Positions 19,607 through 29,586 of a stretch of DNA of 64,000 bases are shown one piece after another. This stretch comes from Candidatus Saccharimonadia bacterium (GTDB taxonomy: Bacteria > Patescibacteriota > Saccharimonadia > UBA4664). The translations under genes and the position numbers were made by a program. Each line of letters opens with the position of its first letter. Position 1 is the stretch's first letter. The notes beneath the pieces were generated by a model that made no database searches, had not been told where the DNA came from, and saw only the letters and a program-made list of their open reading frames with translations. The stretch covers positions 10,027-74,026 of the forward strand of contig DATIIV010000020.1 in assembly GCA_035479295.1 (NCBI GenBank), read 5' to 3'.

Positions 19607-19996
19607 ATGTTTTTCAATGATTCAATCGCTGATTTGCTCACTCGAATTCGCAATGCCGCTACGGCGCGCAAGGCAGCCGTGGTCATGCCATACTCCAAGA
19701 TGAAGGAGCAGGTGGCGCGCATTCTCCAGGCCAACGGCTACCTGGCTGAGGTTCAAGTGGCCGAAGCCGGCGGCTTTAAGAGCCTTGAGCTCACGCTGCC
19801 CGAGGATGCCGCGGCTATTACTGCGCTGGTGCGGGTCTCCAAGCCTGGCCGCCGCGTGTATGTCGGCGCCAAAGAGATTCCGGCCGTGCTCGGTGGCCGT
19901 GGTCTGGTGATTCTGTCGACCTCCAACGGTGTCATGAGTGGCCGTGAGGCTCGCAAGGCCAACCTCGGCGGCGAATTAATCTGCAAGGTGTGGTAA
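19607..19996 (+). CDS. rpsH: 30S ribosomal protein S8
   Basis: Start moved to MFFNDSIADLLTRIRNA, with TAAGGAG 8 nt upstream. The ORF-track start at 19589 would put the ribosome-binding site inside the ORF. Confidence 0.92.
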   Translation: MFFNDSIADLLTRIRNAATARKAAVVMPYSKMKEQVARILQANGYLAEVQVAEAGGFKSLELTLPEDAAAITALVRVSKPGRRVYVGAKEIPAVLGGRGLVILSTSNGVMSGREARKANLGGELICKVW

Positions 19997-19997
19997 G

Positions 19998-20537
19998 ATG
20001 AGCCGAATTGGACGACAACCAATTACTGTGCCGGCCGGTGTTACGGTTGAGCAAGTGGGCCGCACCATTAAGGTTAACGGCGCCAAAGGTGCGCTTGAGC
20101 TAGAGCTCATGCCCGACTTAAAACTAGAGCAGGCTGACAGTGTCTTGACGCTCAGTAAAGAGGTGGAGACGCCGGAGACCCAGCGCTCGTTTGGCCTCAT
20201 GCGCACACTCATCAATAACATGGTGGTGGGCGTATCGCAGGGCTTCCAGCGTCAGCTTGAGATTAATGGTGTTGGCTTCCGCGCTAGTGTGGCCGGCAAC
20301 ACTATTACGCTCAGTCTCGGTTTTTCACACCCAGTCAACTTTGTTCTGCCGCCGGGTGTTGAGGCCAAGATCGAGAAGAACGTTATTACGTTAACGGGCT
20401 TCGATAAGCAGGCAGTCGGCCAGGTTGCCGCCAATCTGCGGGCGCTCAAGAAGCCGGAGCCATATAAGGGCAAGGGCATCAAGTACGTCGAAGAGCACAT
20501 TCGCCGCAAGCCGGGTAAGACCGCTACAAAGGGTTAA
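19998..20537 (+). CDS. rplF: 50S ribosomal protein L6
   Basis: MSRIGRQPITVPAGV...KGKGIKY. Confidence 0.95.
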   Translation: MSRIGRQPITVPAGVTVEQVGRTIKVNGAKGALELELMPDLKLEQADSVLTLSKEVETPETQRSFGLMRTLINNMVVGVSQGFQRQLEINGVGFRASVAGNTITLSLGFSHPVNFVLPPGVEAKIEKNVITLTGFDKQAVGQVAANLRALKKPEPYKGKGIKYVEEHIRRKPGKTATKG

Positions 20538-20542
20538 AAATT

Positions 20543-20887
20543 ATGAATACTACACTAACACAGTTACAACGCCGTCGTGCTCGGGTTCGCGCCCGGGTCT
20601 CAGGCACGCCCGAGCGCCTGCGCCTGGCCGTCACTATCACGCTACGCCACATTGTGGCTCAGTTGATCGACGACACCGAGGGCAAGACGCTGGTGTACGT
20701 CACCACGGCTAAGCAGGATGTTAAGGGCACGATGACCGATAAGGCCGTCTGGGTCGGTGAGCAGATTGCGGCCAAAGCTAAGGCCAAGAAGATCGCTCAG
20801 GTGGTCTTTGATCGCCGTGGTCGCATTTACCATGGCCGCTTGCATGCCCTGGCGGAAGCTGCTCGCAAAGCAGGATTGGAGTTTTAA
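20543..20887 (+). CDS. rplR: 50S ribosomal protein L18
   Basis: [21 protein letters not shown]...[12 protein letters not shown]. Confidence 0.93.
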   Translation: MNTTLTQLQRRRARVRARVSGTPERLRLAVTITLRHIVAQLIDDTEGKTLVYVTTAKQDVKGTMTDKAVWVGEQIAAKAKAKKIAQVVFDRRGRIYHGRLHALAEAARKAGLEF

Positions 20888-21375
20888 TGGCAATTGTAGA
20901 GCAAGTCAAAGAGTTCGAAGAGAAGGTCATTAATATTGACCGTGTGGCCCGGGTAGTCAAAGGTGGCCGCCGTTTCCGCTTCCGCGCCGTAGTTGTGGTG
21001 GGCGATGGCAAGGGGCGGGTTGGCGTTGGTGTCGGCAAGGGTTCCGAGGTTATGACCTCGATCGCCAAGGCCGTCTCCCGCGCGAAGGCCCAGATGATCA
21101 CCGTGCCCCTTAAGGGTAACACCATTCCGCACGAGATTCAGGTTCGTTTTTCGGGCGCGCAGGTGCTGCTTAAGCCGGCTTCAGCTGGTACCGGCGTTAT
21201 CGCTGGCGGCGCCGTGCGCAATGTAGTTGAGGTAGCTGGTATTCACGACCTGCTTACCAAGTCGCTCGGTTCTAGCAACAAAGTCAACAACGCCTATGCT
21301 ACTATTATGGCATTGTCACAGCTTAAGGCGGCGCCAGTTAAGCCCAGCAAAGACCGCCAGGAAGTTGCGGCCTAG
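20887..21375 (+). CDS. rpsE: 30S ribosomal protein S5
   Basis: [38 protein letters not shown]. Confidence 0.95.
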   Translation: MAIVEQVKEFEEKVINIDRVARVVKGGRRFRFRAVVVVGDGKGRVGVGVGKGSEVMTSIAKAVSRAKAQMITVPLKGNTIPHEIQVRFSGAQVLLKPASAGTGVIAGGAVRNVVEVAGIHDLLTKSLGSSNKVNNAYATIMALSQLKAAPVKPSKDRQEVAA

Positions 21376-21384
21376 GATATAACT

Positions 21385-21882
21385 ATGAAGATTCACGATC
21401 TACAACTCACCTCATCGAAAGACCGCAAGCGAGTCGGTCGCGGTATCGGTTCGGGCTATGGCAAGACGGCCGGCCGCGGTACCAAAGGTCAGAACGCCCG
21501 GACCGGCGGCGGTGTCCGCATTGGTTTTGCCGGTGGCCAGAACCCGCTCGCCAAGCTGCTGCCCAAGAAGCGGGGTTTCCGAGCGCTCAATCCGACCAAT
21601 TATCAGGTAGTTAACCTGGCTCAGCTTAATAGCCTCAAGGATGGCGCCGTAGCCGACAATCAGACGCTGGCTCAGGCTGGCTTGGTCAAGAAGGCCGACC
21701 AGCTCGTAAAACTGCTGGCCCAAGGCGAGCTCACCAAGAAGCTAACGGTGAAGGTGCAGGGTGCCAGTACTGCCGCCACTGCCGCGGTGGAGAAGGCTGG
21801 AGGCTCAGTTGAGCTGACCCCGCTCCCCAAGCAGCCCAGCAAGAAGGCCACTCGGCCCAAGGTCGAGACTAGCGCCTCATGA
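21385..21882 (+). CDS. rplO: 50S ribosomal protein L15 (directly after rpsE; no L30 gene between)
   Basis: KRVGRGIGSGYGKTAGRGTKGQNARTGGGVR. Confidence 0.93.
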   Translation: MKIHDLQLTSSKDRKRVGRGIGSGYGKTAGRGTKGQNARTGGGVRIGFAGGQNPLAKLLPKKRGFRALNPTNYQVVNLAQLNSLKDGAVADNQTLAQAGLVKKADQLVKLLAQGELTKKLTVKVQGASTAATAAVEKAGGSVELTPLPKQPSKKATRPKVETSAS

Positions 21883-23192
21883 ACCTAACGACGCTCAAGC
21901 AGGTCTATCGTTCGCCTGACTTGCGTCGTCGTGTATTGGTGGTTCTGGGCCTCCTTATTCTGTTTCGCTTCCTGGCTCACGTTCCCGTGCCGGTACCCGA
22001 TAACGCCGCTTTGGCCAACTTTCTTAAGTATGTCTTTAACTCGAATAAGGTTCTGGGCTTTGCCGACCTGTTTTCGGGCGGGGCTTTAACCAACTTCTCC
22101 ATTATTATGATGGGCGTTGGGCCATACATTAACGCCTCAATCATTATTCAGCTCCTTACCCAGGTGGTGCCGCGACTCGAATCATTGCAAAAAGAGGGTG
22201 AGATGGGCCGGCGCAAGCTCAACCAGTACACGCGTCTCCTGACGCTACCATTGGCTCTAGCTCAGTCGTTTGGTATGGTCTTCTTGATTCAGCAGACCTC
22301 GACTCAGGTGACTGGCCACGACCTTATTGGTCACCCCAACCTGTTCCAGTGGCTGCTGATGGTGAGCACGATTACCGCCGGCACCATGTTGCTCATGTGG
22401 ATCGGCGAGATCATTACCGAAAAAGGCATTGGCAACGGTATCTCGTTGATCATCTTCTGTGGTATTATTGCCCGGCTGCCTACTACGGCCGGTCAGTTTA
22501 CCTCGCTGGCCAGTGGCGATACGGGTAAACTGTTGACGCTGGTCTTCTTCTTGGCGGCCACGCTGGCTATTATCGCCTTTGTGGTGGTACTTAACGAAGG
22601 CACGCGCAATATTCCGGTATCATACGCCAAACGGACACGCGGCAACCGAATCTATGCCGGCGTTGATACACATCTGCCGCTGCGCGTTATTACGGCTGGC
22701 GTCATTCCGATCATCTTTGCGCTGGCCTTTTTGTCGGTGCCGGGTATTTTGGGCCAGATTCTCTCGAACGCTAAGACCCATTGGGTGGCCAGCGCCGCCA
22801 AAGAGCTTACCACGCTGTTTGCGACTACCGGTGCCATCTATGCCGTGTCGTACTTTGTACTGGTGGTAGCCTTTACCTACTTCTACACCTCGGTAGTATT
22901 TAATCCCAAAGATATTGCCGAGAACCTGCAGAAACAAGGCGGTTTTGTGCCCGGCATACGGCCTGGCTCTCAGACCGCTACCTATCTGCGGCGGGTCGTT
23001 AATCGCATTACGCTGGCCGGAGCGGCCGGCTTAGGCATCATTGCGGTGCTACCGTTTGTCGCCCAGAGCTTTACCCAGAGCCAAGTCTTAACCTTTGGTG
23101 GTACTGGTCTGCTTATCGTAGTTAGCGTGGCCATAGAGACGCTTAAACAGCTCGAGGCGCAGGCTATCACCACCTCCTACGAGCAGTACTAG
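21879..23192 (+). CDS. secY: preprotein translocase subunit SecY
   Basis: 10-TM protein with the SecY signature regions (GVGPYINASIIIQLL, plug and hinge). Confidence 0.95.
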   Translation: MNLTTLKQVYRSPDLRRRVLVVLGLLILFRFLAHVPVPVPDNAALANFLKYVFNSNKVLGFADLFSGGALTNFSIIMMGVGPYINASIIIQLLTQVVPRLESLQKEGEMGRRKLNQYTRLLTLPLALAQSFGMVFLIQQTSTQVTGHDLIGHPNLFQWLLMVSTITAGTMLLMWIGEIITEKGIGNGISLIIFCGIIARLPTTAGQFTSLASGDTGKLLTLVFFLAATLAIIAFVVVLNEGTRNIPVSYAKRTRGNRIYAGVDTHLPLRVITAGVIPIIFALAFLSVPGILGQILSNAKTHWVASAAKELTTLFATTGAIYAVSYFVLVVAFTYFYTSVVFNPKDIAENLQKQGGFVPGIRPGSQTATYLRRVVNRITLAGAAGLGIIAVLPFVAQSFTQSQVLTFGGTGLLIVVSVAIETLKQLEAQAITTSYEQY

Positions 23193-23255
23193 GGTGAAGA
23201 GTGATGAGATTCTCCGGATTTTTGGCAAAATACCTCAAAAACAGATAGAAAACCC

Positions 23256-23284
23256 TTTACAAGAAGCTAACAATTATCTATAAT
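23256..23284 (+). promoter_or_regulatory. promoter TTTACA-N17-TATAAT upstream of infA
   Basis: Consensus hexamers 20 nt before the infA ATG. Confidence 0.5.
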
Positions 23285-23304
23285 CGACAACTGTAGTCAT
23301 ATAT

Positions 23305-23541
23305 ATGTCAGACGCAAAGAAGAGCACAAAGGAAGTAATTGAAGTAGAGGGCACCGTCATTGAGACTCTGCCCAATGCTTTGTTTAAAGTTCAGCTCGAG
23401 AACGGCCACGTTATCTTGGCCCACATCTCGGGCAAGATGCGCATGCACTACATTCGCATCATCCCTGGTGATCGCGTCGCGGTAGAGATGACACCGTACG
23501 ACCTCTCGAAAGGTCGTATCATTTTCCGACACAGGAACTAA
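23305..23541 (+). CDS. infA: translation initiation factor IF-1
   Basis: [27 protein letters not shown]...ISGKMRM, an S1-like IF-1. Confidence 0.95.
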   Translation: MSDAKKSTKEVIEVEGTVIETLPNALFKVQLENGHVILAHISGKMRMHYIRIIPGDRVAVEMTPYDLSKGRIIFRHRN

Positions 23542-23556
23542 CGGCGAGGAAGAGAC

Positions 23557-23673
23557 GTGAAGGTACAACCGAGCGTAAAGAAGAGGTGTGACAAGTGCAA
23601 GATCATCAAGCGCGAGGGTGTCTTGCGGGTGATCTGCGAGATTTCTCGCCATAAGCAGAGGCAGGGTTCTTAA
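23557..23673 (+). CDS. rpmJ: 50S ribosomal protein L36 (GTG start, 38 aa; not in the ORF track)
   Basis: By-eye translation gives [38 protein letters not shown] with the C-x2-C...C...H zinc motif. GGAAGAG ribosome-binding site; TAATG overlap with rpsM. Confidence 0.85.
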   Translation: MKVQPSVKKRCDKCKIIKREGVLRVICEISRHKQRQGS

Positions 23674-24059
23674 TGGTACGTATTGCTGGAGTAAATATTC
23701 CTGACGCCAAGCGCGTCGAGATCGGGCTTACCTACATCTACGGCGTTGGTGACACCACTAGCCGTAAGATCTTGGCCGCCACGGGCGTCAATCCCGACAC
23801 TCGCGTCAAGGACTTGACCGAGGCCGAGACCTCGAAGTTGCGCGAGTACATCGACAAGAATTTCCAGGTCGAGGGCGACCTACAGCGGCAGATCAGCTTG
23901 AACATCAAGCGCCTCAAGGAGATCAGTGCCTACCGTGGGCTGCGCCACAAGGCCAACCTACCGGTGCATGGACAGCGGACCAAGACCAACGCTCGCACCA
24001 AGCGCGGCAAGAAGGTCACCATGGGCTCCGGCCGTAAAAAAGCAGCAGCTAAGACGTAA
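23673..24059 (+). CDS. rpsM: 30S ribosomal protein S13
   Basis: [26 protein letters not shown]. Confidence 0.95.
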   Translation: MVRIAGVNIPDAKRVEIGLTYIYGVGDTTSRKILAATGVNPDTRVKDLTEAETSKLREYIDKNFQVEGDLQRQISLNIKRLKEISAYRGLRHKANLPVHGQRTKTNARTKRGKKVTMGSGRKKAAAKT

Positions 24060-24068
24060 GGTATATCA

Positions 24069-24470
24069 ATGGCAAAGACAACCACTAAAACCAGTACTGC
24101 TCGTCGCCGCAAGATCAAGCGCACCGTCGCTGCCGGTCAGATGCACGTTCAGGCAACCTTTAATAACACCATCGTGTCGTTTACCGACGAGCGCGGCAAT
24201 CTCCTGTCGTGGTCGAGCGCCGGCGCCGCTGGCTTTAAAGGCTCACGCAAGAGCACGCCGTTTGCAGCCCAGAGTGCGGCCGAGCGGGCCGCTACCGCTG
24301 CCAAGGACTATGGCTTGGCCAAGGTCGACGTGTTCGTGCGAGGCGTTGGCTCCGGCCGTGAGTCGGCCATTCGGGCGCTCATTACCGCCGGCATCGCCGT
24401 CAACAGCATTAAGGATGTGACTGGTATTCCGCACAACGGCTGCCGTCCGCGTAAGGCCCGGAGAGTCTAA
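24069..24470 (+). CDS. rpsK: 30S ribosomal protein S11
   Basis: [19 protein letters not shown]...[13 protein letters not shown]. Confidence 0.95.
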   Translation: MAKTTTKTSTARRRKIKRTVAAGQMHVQATFNNTIVSFTDERGNLLSWSSAGAAGFKGSRKSTPFAAQSAAERAATAAKDYGLAKVDVFVRGVGSGRESAIRALITAGIAVNSIKDVTGIPHNGCRPRKARRV

Positions 24471-24473
24471 ACC

Positions 24474-25088
24474 ATGGCACGTAATCTTTCACCTATCCTA
24501 AAGCAGTCTCGTCGCGAGAAGACGGCTCTGCACCCCAAGGCTATTAAGGGCATGACCAAGCGCCCCTACGGTCCCGGCCAGCACGGCCCGCAGAGCGGCC
24601 GTCAGAAGCTCACTCAGTATGCTGTTCAGCTGCGCGAGAAGCAGAAGGTCAAGCGCATGTATGGTCTGCTCGAAAAGCAGTTCGCCAAGGTCGTTAAAGA
24701 GGCCGACCGCCGCCAAGGCATCACCGGCGACATCCTGATTCAGCTACTGGAGCAGCGGCTGGACAACGCCGTTTACCGGCTCGGTCTGGCGCCGTCGCGC
24801 CAAGCTGCCCGTCAGGTCGTTACACACGGCCATGTTCTGCTCAACGGCCGCCGCGTCGACATCCCCTCGATTCTTCTCAAGCCCGGTGATGAGATCCAAG
24901 TTCGCCCCAAGAGTGCCGCTAACGCTTACTTTAAGGCTGTGGCCGAGACGCTGAGCGTGAATGACGGGGTGCGCTGGCTTAGCTTCGACGCTAAGAAGCT
25001 CTCGGCCAAGGTTACAGGACTACCGGCGCGCGAAGATGTTAATGAAGAGATCCGTGAGCAATTAATTATCGAGTTTTACTCAAGGTAA
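24474..25088 (+). CDS. rpsD: 30S ribosomal protein S4
   Basis: S4 domain plus ...LEQRLDNAVYRLGLAPSR. Confidence 0.93.
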   Translation: MARNLSPILKQSRREKTALHPKAIKGMTKRPYGPGQHGPQSGRQKLTQYAVQLREKQKVKRMYGLLEKQFAKVVKEADRRQGITGDILIQLLEQRLDNAVYRLGLAPSRQAARQVVTHGHVLLNGRRVDIPSILLKPGDEIQVRPKSAANAYFKAVAETLSVNDGVRWLSFDAKKLSAKVTGLPAREDVNEEIREQLIIEFYSR

Positions 25089-25104
25089 CGAAAGGACGAT
25101 CACC

Positions 25105-26040
25105 GTGTTACACCCTATACAGCTACCGGAGCTTAAGCCGGTTCACGAGGAGGGCAATAAGGCTACGTTTGCGATTGAGCCCTTGTACTCGGGTTATGGT
25201 ATGACCCTGGGCAACTCGCTGCGCCGTGTCATTCTGTCGAGTCTGGGCGGCGGCGCCGTCACGGCCGTCAAAATTGACAGCGTTGCCCATGAGTTCTCGA
25301 CCATCGATGGCGTTAAAGAAGATGTAGTCGAAATTATTCTTAATCTCAAGAAGTTGCGCTTCCGGGTTTACTCGGATGAGCCGCAATTCTTGGTCCTGAC
25401 CGCCAGCGGCAAGGGCGAGGTAACAGCTACTAGTATCAAGACGTCTTCGGATGTCGAGATCGTCAACCCCGACCAAGTTATCGCGACTCTTGACACCGAT
25501 AAGGTTAAGCTTGGCATGGAGATCAAGGTCGAGAAGGGCCGTGGTTACGTGCCGGTCGAGCACCGCGAGAGCGAGAAGCTTGAGGTCGGCATGATTGCGG
25601 TTGACGCGCTCTACTCGCCGGTGCAGCGCGTGCGCTATAACGTCGAGAACACGCGGGTGGGCCAGATGACCGACCTCGACCGATTGGTAATTGAGGTCGA
25701 GACCGACGGCACCATTACCCCGCACGAGGCGGTTCGCCAGGCGGCCGAGATCCTGGTAGAGCACTTCCAGGTCGTGGCCGGTAACCCCATTGGCAGCGTG
25801 GCTGGAGTACCGGTCGAGGAGCGTGGCGAGACCGGTGCTTCCAAGATCAATATCGAAGAGGTTAATCTGTCGCCCCGCACGACCAATGCGCTGATCAATA
25901 ACGACATCAAGACCGTCAAGGATCTGCTCAAGCTGACCGACCAAGAGCTACGCGAGCTTAAGGGCTTTGGCTCCAAGGCTTACGATGAGGTCAAAGACAA
26001 GATTGCCGAGCTCGGCTTTGCGACGGAGAAAGTGAGCTAG
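25105..26040 (+). CDS. rpoA: DNA-directed RNA polymerase subunit alpha (GTG start)
   Basis: N-terminal domain [25 protein letters not shown] and C-terminal domain with helix-hairpin-helix. Confidence 0.93.
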   Translation: [311 protein letters not shown]

Positions 26041-26041
26041 C

Positions 26042-26548
26042 ATGCATCGTCACGGATACAAAGGGCGCAAGCTCCAACTCGCAGCCGGCCCACGCCGCGC
26101 GCTCATTCGCGGCCAGCTAACTTCGTTGGTGCTGCATGAGGCCATTACTACCACCGAGGCCAAGGCCAAAGAGGTGGCGCCTCGCTTCGAGCGCCTGGTT
26201 ACTTACGCCAAAAAAGGTACTCTGGCCGGCGGCCGAGCGCTGCGCGAGGAGCTCCTCACCGAGAATGCCACGCAGAAGATGCTGCAAGTGCTAGCGCCGG
26301 CCTTTAAAGACCGCCAGGGTGGCTACACCCGTATTATTAAATTGGCCAATCGCCGCGGCGACAACGCGCCAATGGTGCAGCTATCGCTTGTGCTCGATGG
26401 CGTTCAGCTGACCGAGGTCGAGGAGGCTGTTGAGGCAAAGGCCGTTAAGGCTGCGCCCAAGACCGCCAAAGCTGCCGCTAAGCCGGCTGCCAAGGCTAAA
26501 ACCGCCGCTAAGGCCAAGGCCGAACCGGCCGAGGTAATCGCATCATGA
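26042..26548 (+). CDS. rplQ: 50S ribosomal protein L17 (long Ala/Lys C-terminal tail)
   Basis: MHRHGYKGRKL...LVLHEAITTTEAKAKE. Confidence 0.9.
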   Translation: MHRHGYKGRKLQLAAGPRRALIRGQLTSLVLHEAITTTEAKAKEVAPRFERLVTYAKKGTLAGGRALREELLTENATQKMLQVLAPAFKDRQGGYTRIIKLANRRGDNAPMVQLSLVLDGVQLTEVEEAVEAKAVKAAPKTAKAAAKPAAKAKTAAKAKAEPAEVIAS

Positions 26549-26976
26549 AGACCTACTCACCCAAACCAACTGAATTAACGCACGACTGGTACATTGTCGA
26601 CGCCGAGGGCCAGACCCTGGGTCGGTTAGCTACGCTGATCGCCACCTACTTACTGGGCAAACATAAGCCGCAGTTTAGCGCTCATCTCGATTGTGGCGAC
26701 AACATCGTAGTTATTAATGCCGCCAAGATTGCCGTAACCGGCAACAAGCTTGAGGATAAAAAGTACTACCGTCACTCTGGTCATCCGGGCGGCATCAAGG
26801 AGACCAGTTTGGCCGCGCTGCTAGAGCGCAATCCGGCTCAGGTGCTCGAGAAGGCTGTGGCAGGCATGCTGCCCAAGAACCGTCTGCACGACGATCGCAT
26901 GTACCGACTCAAAGTGTACCCGACGGCGGAGCATCCTCACGCGCCACAAGCGCCTAAACCGCTAGGAGATAAATAA
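26545..26976 (+). CDS. rplM: 50S ribosomal protein L13
   Basis: WYIVDAEGQTLGRLAT...KNRLHDD. Confidence 0.95.
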   Translation: MKTYSPKPTELTHDWYIVDAEGQTLGRLATLIATYLLGKHKPQFSAHLDCGDNIVVINAAKIAVTGNKLEDKKYYRHSGHPGGIKETSLAALLERNPAQVLEKAVAGMLPKNRLHDDRMYRLKVYPTAEHPHAPQAPKPLGDK

Positions 26977-27377
26977 TGGCCGAATCAGCTAACCACTACC
27001 ACTACGCACGCGGCCGCCGCAAGGAAGCCATCGCCACCGCTCGGCTCTATCAGGGCAAGGGCGAGATTCTGGTGAACGATCAGCCGGCCGCTACCTACTT
27101 TAACAACGACTCGCTGATCGCCGTCGTGGAGCGCCCGCTCAAACTAGCCGGCCAAGACCAGAAGCTGCGCATCACGCTGCACGTTTCGGGCGGCGGCAAG
27201 GCCGGCCAGGCCGACGCGGCTAGCTTGGCGATCGCCCGCGCCCTCAACGTCATGAGTGACGACCTGCGCCCGACCCTCAAGAAGGCCGGCATGCTTACCC
27301 GCGACCCGCGCGAGAAGGAGCGCATGAAGCCTGGCCTTAAGAAGGCCCGCAAGGCGCCGCAGTTCTCCAAGCGCTAA
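26976..27377 (+). CDS. rpsI: 30S ribosomal protein S9
   Basis: ...GGGKAGQADAASLAIARAL...C-terminal KR. Confidence 0.95.
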   Translation: MAESANHYHYARGRRKEAIATARLYQGKGEILVNDQPAATYFNNDSLIAVVERPLKLAGQDQKLRITLHVSGGGKAGQADAASLAIARALNVMSDDLRPTLKKAGMLTRDPREKERMKPGLKKARKAPQFSKR

Positions 27378-27398
27378 ATTCGCTCAACTAGTCTGCTA

Positions 27399-27430
27399 CA
27401 AAAACGACCCCCGCTGGGGTCGTTTTTGTG
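27399..27430 (+). terminator. rho-independent terminator AAAAACGACCCC-CGCT-GGGGTCGTTTTTGTG
   Basis: Perfect 12-bp stem plus T-run at the end of the ribosomal cluster. Confidence 0.7.
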
Positions 27431-27552
27431 TTGGGGTAGGCCGATCCTGACTCTTGCGAATTATGTCCAAACCAAGTACAAACAGGGTAGCCACTTTGTA
27501 GAGGCAAGGGGGAAGCACCAATCGGGTTACTCAACGAGGCAGGGAGATAACC

Positions 27553-28191
27553 GTGAAAGATTCGAGACGGCTCAGGGAGTTCCTGGAGCTCATCGAGGCA
27601 GAGGACATCCTGGAGCTCGATTCCAAGACCAGGACGATGCTGGTGGAGCGCCTGCACTTCGTTCGCGGCTCGGGCAAGCCCATTCCGCACATGCAGCTGA
27701 ACGACTACGTGTCGGAGCAGGAGACGGCTGGGCTCATTGGCCGGGAGCGATCGGAAGATCAAATCTGGTGTTTGATGCTGACCGAGATGGGCAGCGCCAA
27801 GTTGGCCGACCTGCGGGGGGCGACCCCTGCGATAACTAAGCCGGAGCTGCCGGCCGCCGAACGAGGGCCGGCCACGGCAGTCGAACTTGATTTGGTCGAT
27901 CTGTCAGAGCCCGAGCCGGAAGTGGTCGCGTCCGCTAGGCCGGTCCGTCGTCAGGCTCGGCCAGGGCGGTCGGTGATCGTTCGGCCGCCTCGGCCGCTGA
28001 CGGTGGCTCCGCCGGCCGCGCCCGAACTCGACGAGCCCACCGACCGGGCCCTGGCCAACTTCCTGGAGCTGGCGAGCGTGGCACCCTCGCCGGCCGGCCG
28101 GGCCTTCTGGGCTGCCAAGGCGGCAGCTCGCCAGTTGGCCCTGGAGGTGAACGCCGCCTGTGGCAACGCCCTGCCCGTTAGTGCCGCCTAG
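27553..28191 (+). CDS. hypothetical protein: structured N-terminal ~90 aa (possible wHTH) plus Pro/Ala-rich disordered tail
   Basis: 212-aa ORF. The C-terminal half is low-complexity (PPRPLTVAPPAAPELDEP...). Confidence 0.4.
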   Translation: MKDSRRLREFLELIEAEDILELDSKTRTMLVERLHFVRGSGKPIPHMQLNDYVSEQETAGLIGRERSEDQIWCLMLTEMGSAKLADLRGATPAITKPELPAAERGPATAVELDLVDLSEPEPEVVASARPVRRQARPGRSVIVRPPRPLTVAPPAAPELDEPTDRALANFLELASVAPSPAGRAFWAAKAAARQLALEVNAACGNALPVSAA

Positions 28192-28210
28192 CCATCACTC
28201 CCGGCTAGCC

Positions 28211-28245
28211 GATGGCCTCAACCCACCTCTGGGGTTGAGGCCATC
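28211..28245. repeat. perfect 14-bp inverted repeat GATGGCCTCAACCC...GGGTTGAGGCCATC (hairpin / bidirectional terminator candidate)
   Basis: Seen in the sequence between convergent genes. Confidence 0.5.
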
Positions 28246-28254
28246 TCCTTGCCT

Positions 28255-29004
28255 CTACGCTACCTCGAAGGTAACCAAGATTGGCAAGTGGTCCGACAGG
28301 CTTGTCTGCAATAACTCAGATTTGGTAACTTTTACGCCTGTGGTATGTAGCACATAATCCAGCCGCCATCTCAGTTGGTCATAATGGTGCGGTCCGATCG
28401 CAAACGGCTTGGTGGTCCAGGTCTTTTGGGCCAAAGCTGGCCCCGCGTGACGCAGGCCTTGGCGCAGCCGACGCCCCGCCCACGATGACGGCGTAGCGTT
28501 AAAGTCACCGGCCAGTAGGTAGGGCTCTGTTGGCGTCTCGGCCAGAATCCGCTCCACCATGGCTCGCTTGGCCGCGCTGGCCCGAAACTGCGGATGAAAT
28601 GGCAGGTGTGTGGTGCCCACCGCTATGACCTGACCGCCGGGCAGCGTCACCTGCACCCCCAGATACAGCCGTTCATCGCGCTTCACCTGGCCATTCTCTA
28701 CCAAGCCCGGCTGCAGCACGATTCGCCGCCGCTCCTGCAGTTCAAACCGCGAAAATATTCCGTCGCCCATTAGTGTCTGCCCGCCGTCGGGTAGCCGCAT
28801 CGGCCCGTACTTATAAAAACCGTAGTAGCCCAGCGTCTCCGCCACATGCGCCCCCACGTCCGCGTACTGCGGCAGATAATTCCGTGTTAACTCCTGCAGG
28901 CACACAATATCAGGCTGCACCGACCGCAAAAACTGCCCGATCGCCGCCGGATCCTCATTATACATACTATTCCACTGCAGCAGGCGGAAGCTCATATCAT
29001 TCAT
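28255..29004 (-). CDS. endonuclease/exonuclease/phosphatase (EEP) family protein
   Basis: N-terminal LLQWN...DIVCLQE and C-terminal SDHLP motifs typical of the EEP fold. Confidence 0.65.
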   Translation of the reverse strand: MNDMSFRLLQWNSMYNEDPAAIGQFLRSVQPDIVCLQELTRNYLPQYADVGAHVAETLGYYGFYKYGPMRLPDGGQTLMGDGIFSRFELQERRRIVLQPGLVENGQVKRDERLYLGVQVTLPGGQVIAVGTTHLPFHPQFRASAAKRAMVERILAETPTEPYLLAGDFNATPSSWAGRRLRQGLRHAGPALAQKTWTTKPFAIGPHHYDQLRWRLDYVLHTTGVKVTKSELLQTSLSDHLPILVTFEVA

Positions 29005-29259
29005 TATATAGTCTTACTCCGTTATATATTGAAAGCCCTAGGCATTACCGGTATAGTCGACCATTGGAGGACCCAATCTCGGGCTCTTCAGGACCAAGCA
29101 GTTGCTGCGAGCCAAGAAGGGTAAGCGTAGGCATGAGACATATGCCTGGACTGCAGCTCAAGAACCGGCGTAGGAGTAGCCCGCCTGGCGATGAGGGCGG
29201 CGACTGACAAGAGCAGCTGACGTGCTTCCACTCTCCGATCTCAACCAGTAAGGTCTGAC

Positions 29260-29334
29260 ATGATTCTGATGCACGCACCTCGCCGAGGCGAGGAAAAAGG
29301 CAACGGCTACATGAGTGGTGGCCAGGATGCCTGA
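29260..29334 (+). CDS. micro-ORF, N-terminal part of Gly-rich peptide A (MILMHAPRRGEEKGNGYMSGGQDA)
   Basis: TAAGGT 6 nt upstream. Its tail KGNGYMSGGQD aligns with peptide B QGNNGSRGGEN. Confidence 0.3.
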   Translation: MILMHAPRRGEEKGNGYMSGGQDA

Positions 29335-29425
29335 GGGACGGGGCGGCGAGGACGACAACGGCTTTCACGGCGGCGAGAACGACCAGGGCCACCATGGCAC
29401 CAAGGAAGGCAACGGCGGCAAATAG
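29327..29425 (+). CDS. micro-ORF, Gly/Asn/His-rich peptide A, second frame (MPEGRGGEDDNGFHGGENDQGHHGTKEGNGGK)
   Basis: In a +1 frame relative to 29260-29334. It shares the DNGFHGG motif with peptide B. GC3-rich codons (GGC/AAC/CAC/GAG). Confidence 0.3.
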   Translation: MPEGRGGEDDNGFHGGENDQGHHGTKEGNGGK

Positions 29426-29499
29426 CACGTTTGTCTCCACTCGGGGCTGGCTCGCCTGTCCTGGCTCCAAATCCAATTCTCAATGGAAGAGGTCTAGTC

Positions 29500-29586
29500 G
29501 TGACTAACGTCAAATTGCAAGGCAACAACGGCTCTCGCGGTGGCGAGAACGGCGGCGACGGGTTTCACGGCGGCGGGCGTCTGTAG
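29500..29586 (+). CDS. micro-ORF, Gly/Asn-rich peptide B (VTNVKLQGNNGSRGGENGGDGFHGGGRL), GTG start
   Basis: GGAAGAGG ribosome-binding site 7 nt upstream. Paralogous to peptide A. Followed by a terminator. Confidence 0.4.
   Translation: MTNVKLQGNNGSRGGENGGDGFHGGGRL

Noticed and set aside
29045-29476. 143-aa minus-strand ORF over the glycine-rich peptide region.
   Set aside because: It shares codon boundaries with the + strand peptide A frame, so it is an antisense shadow. The peptide paralogy extends to copy B, which lies outside this ORF, favouring + strand coding. This is not certain.
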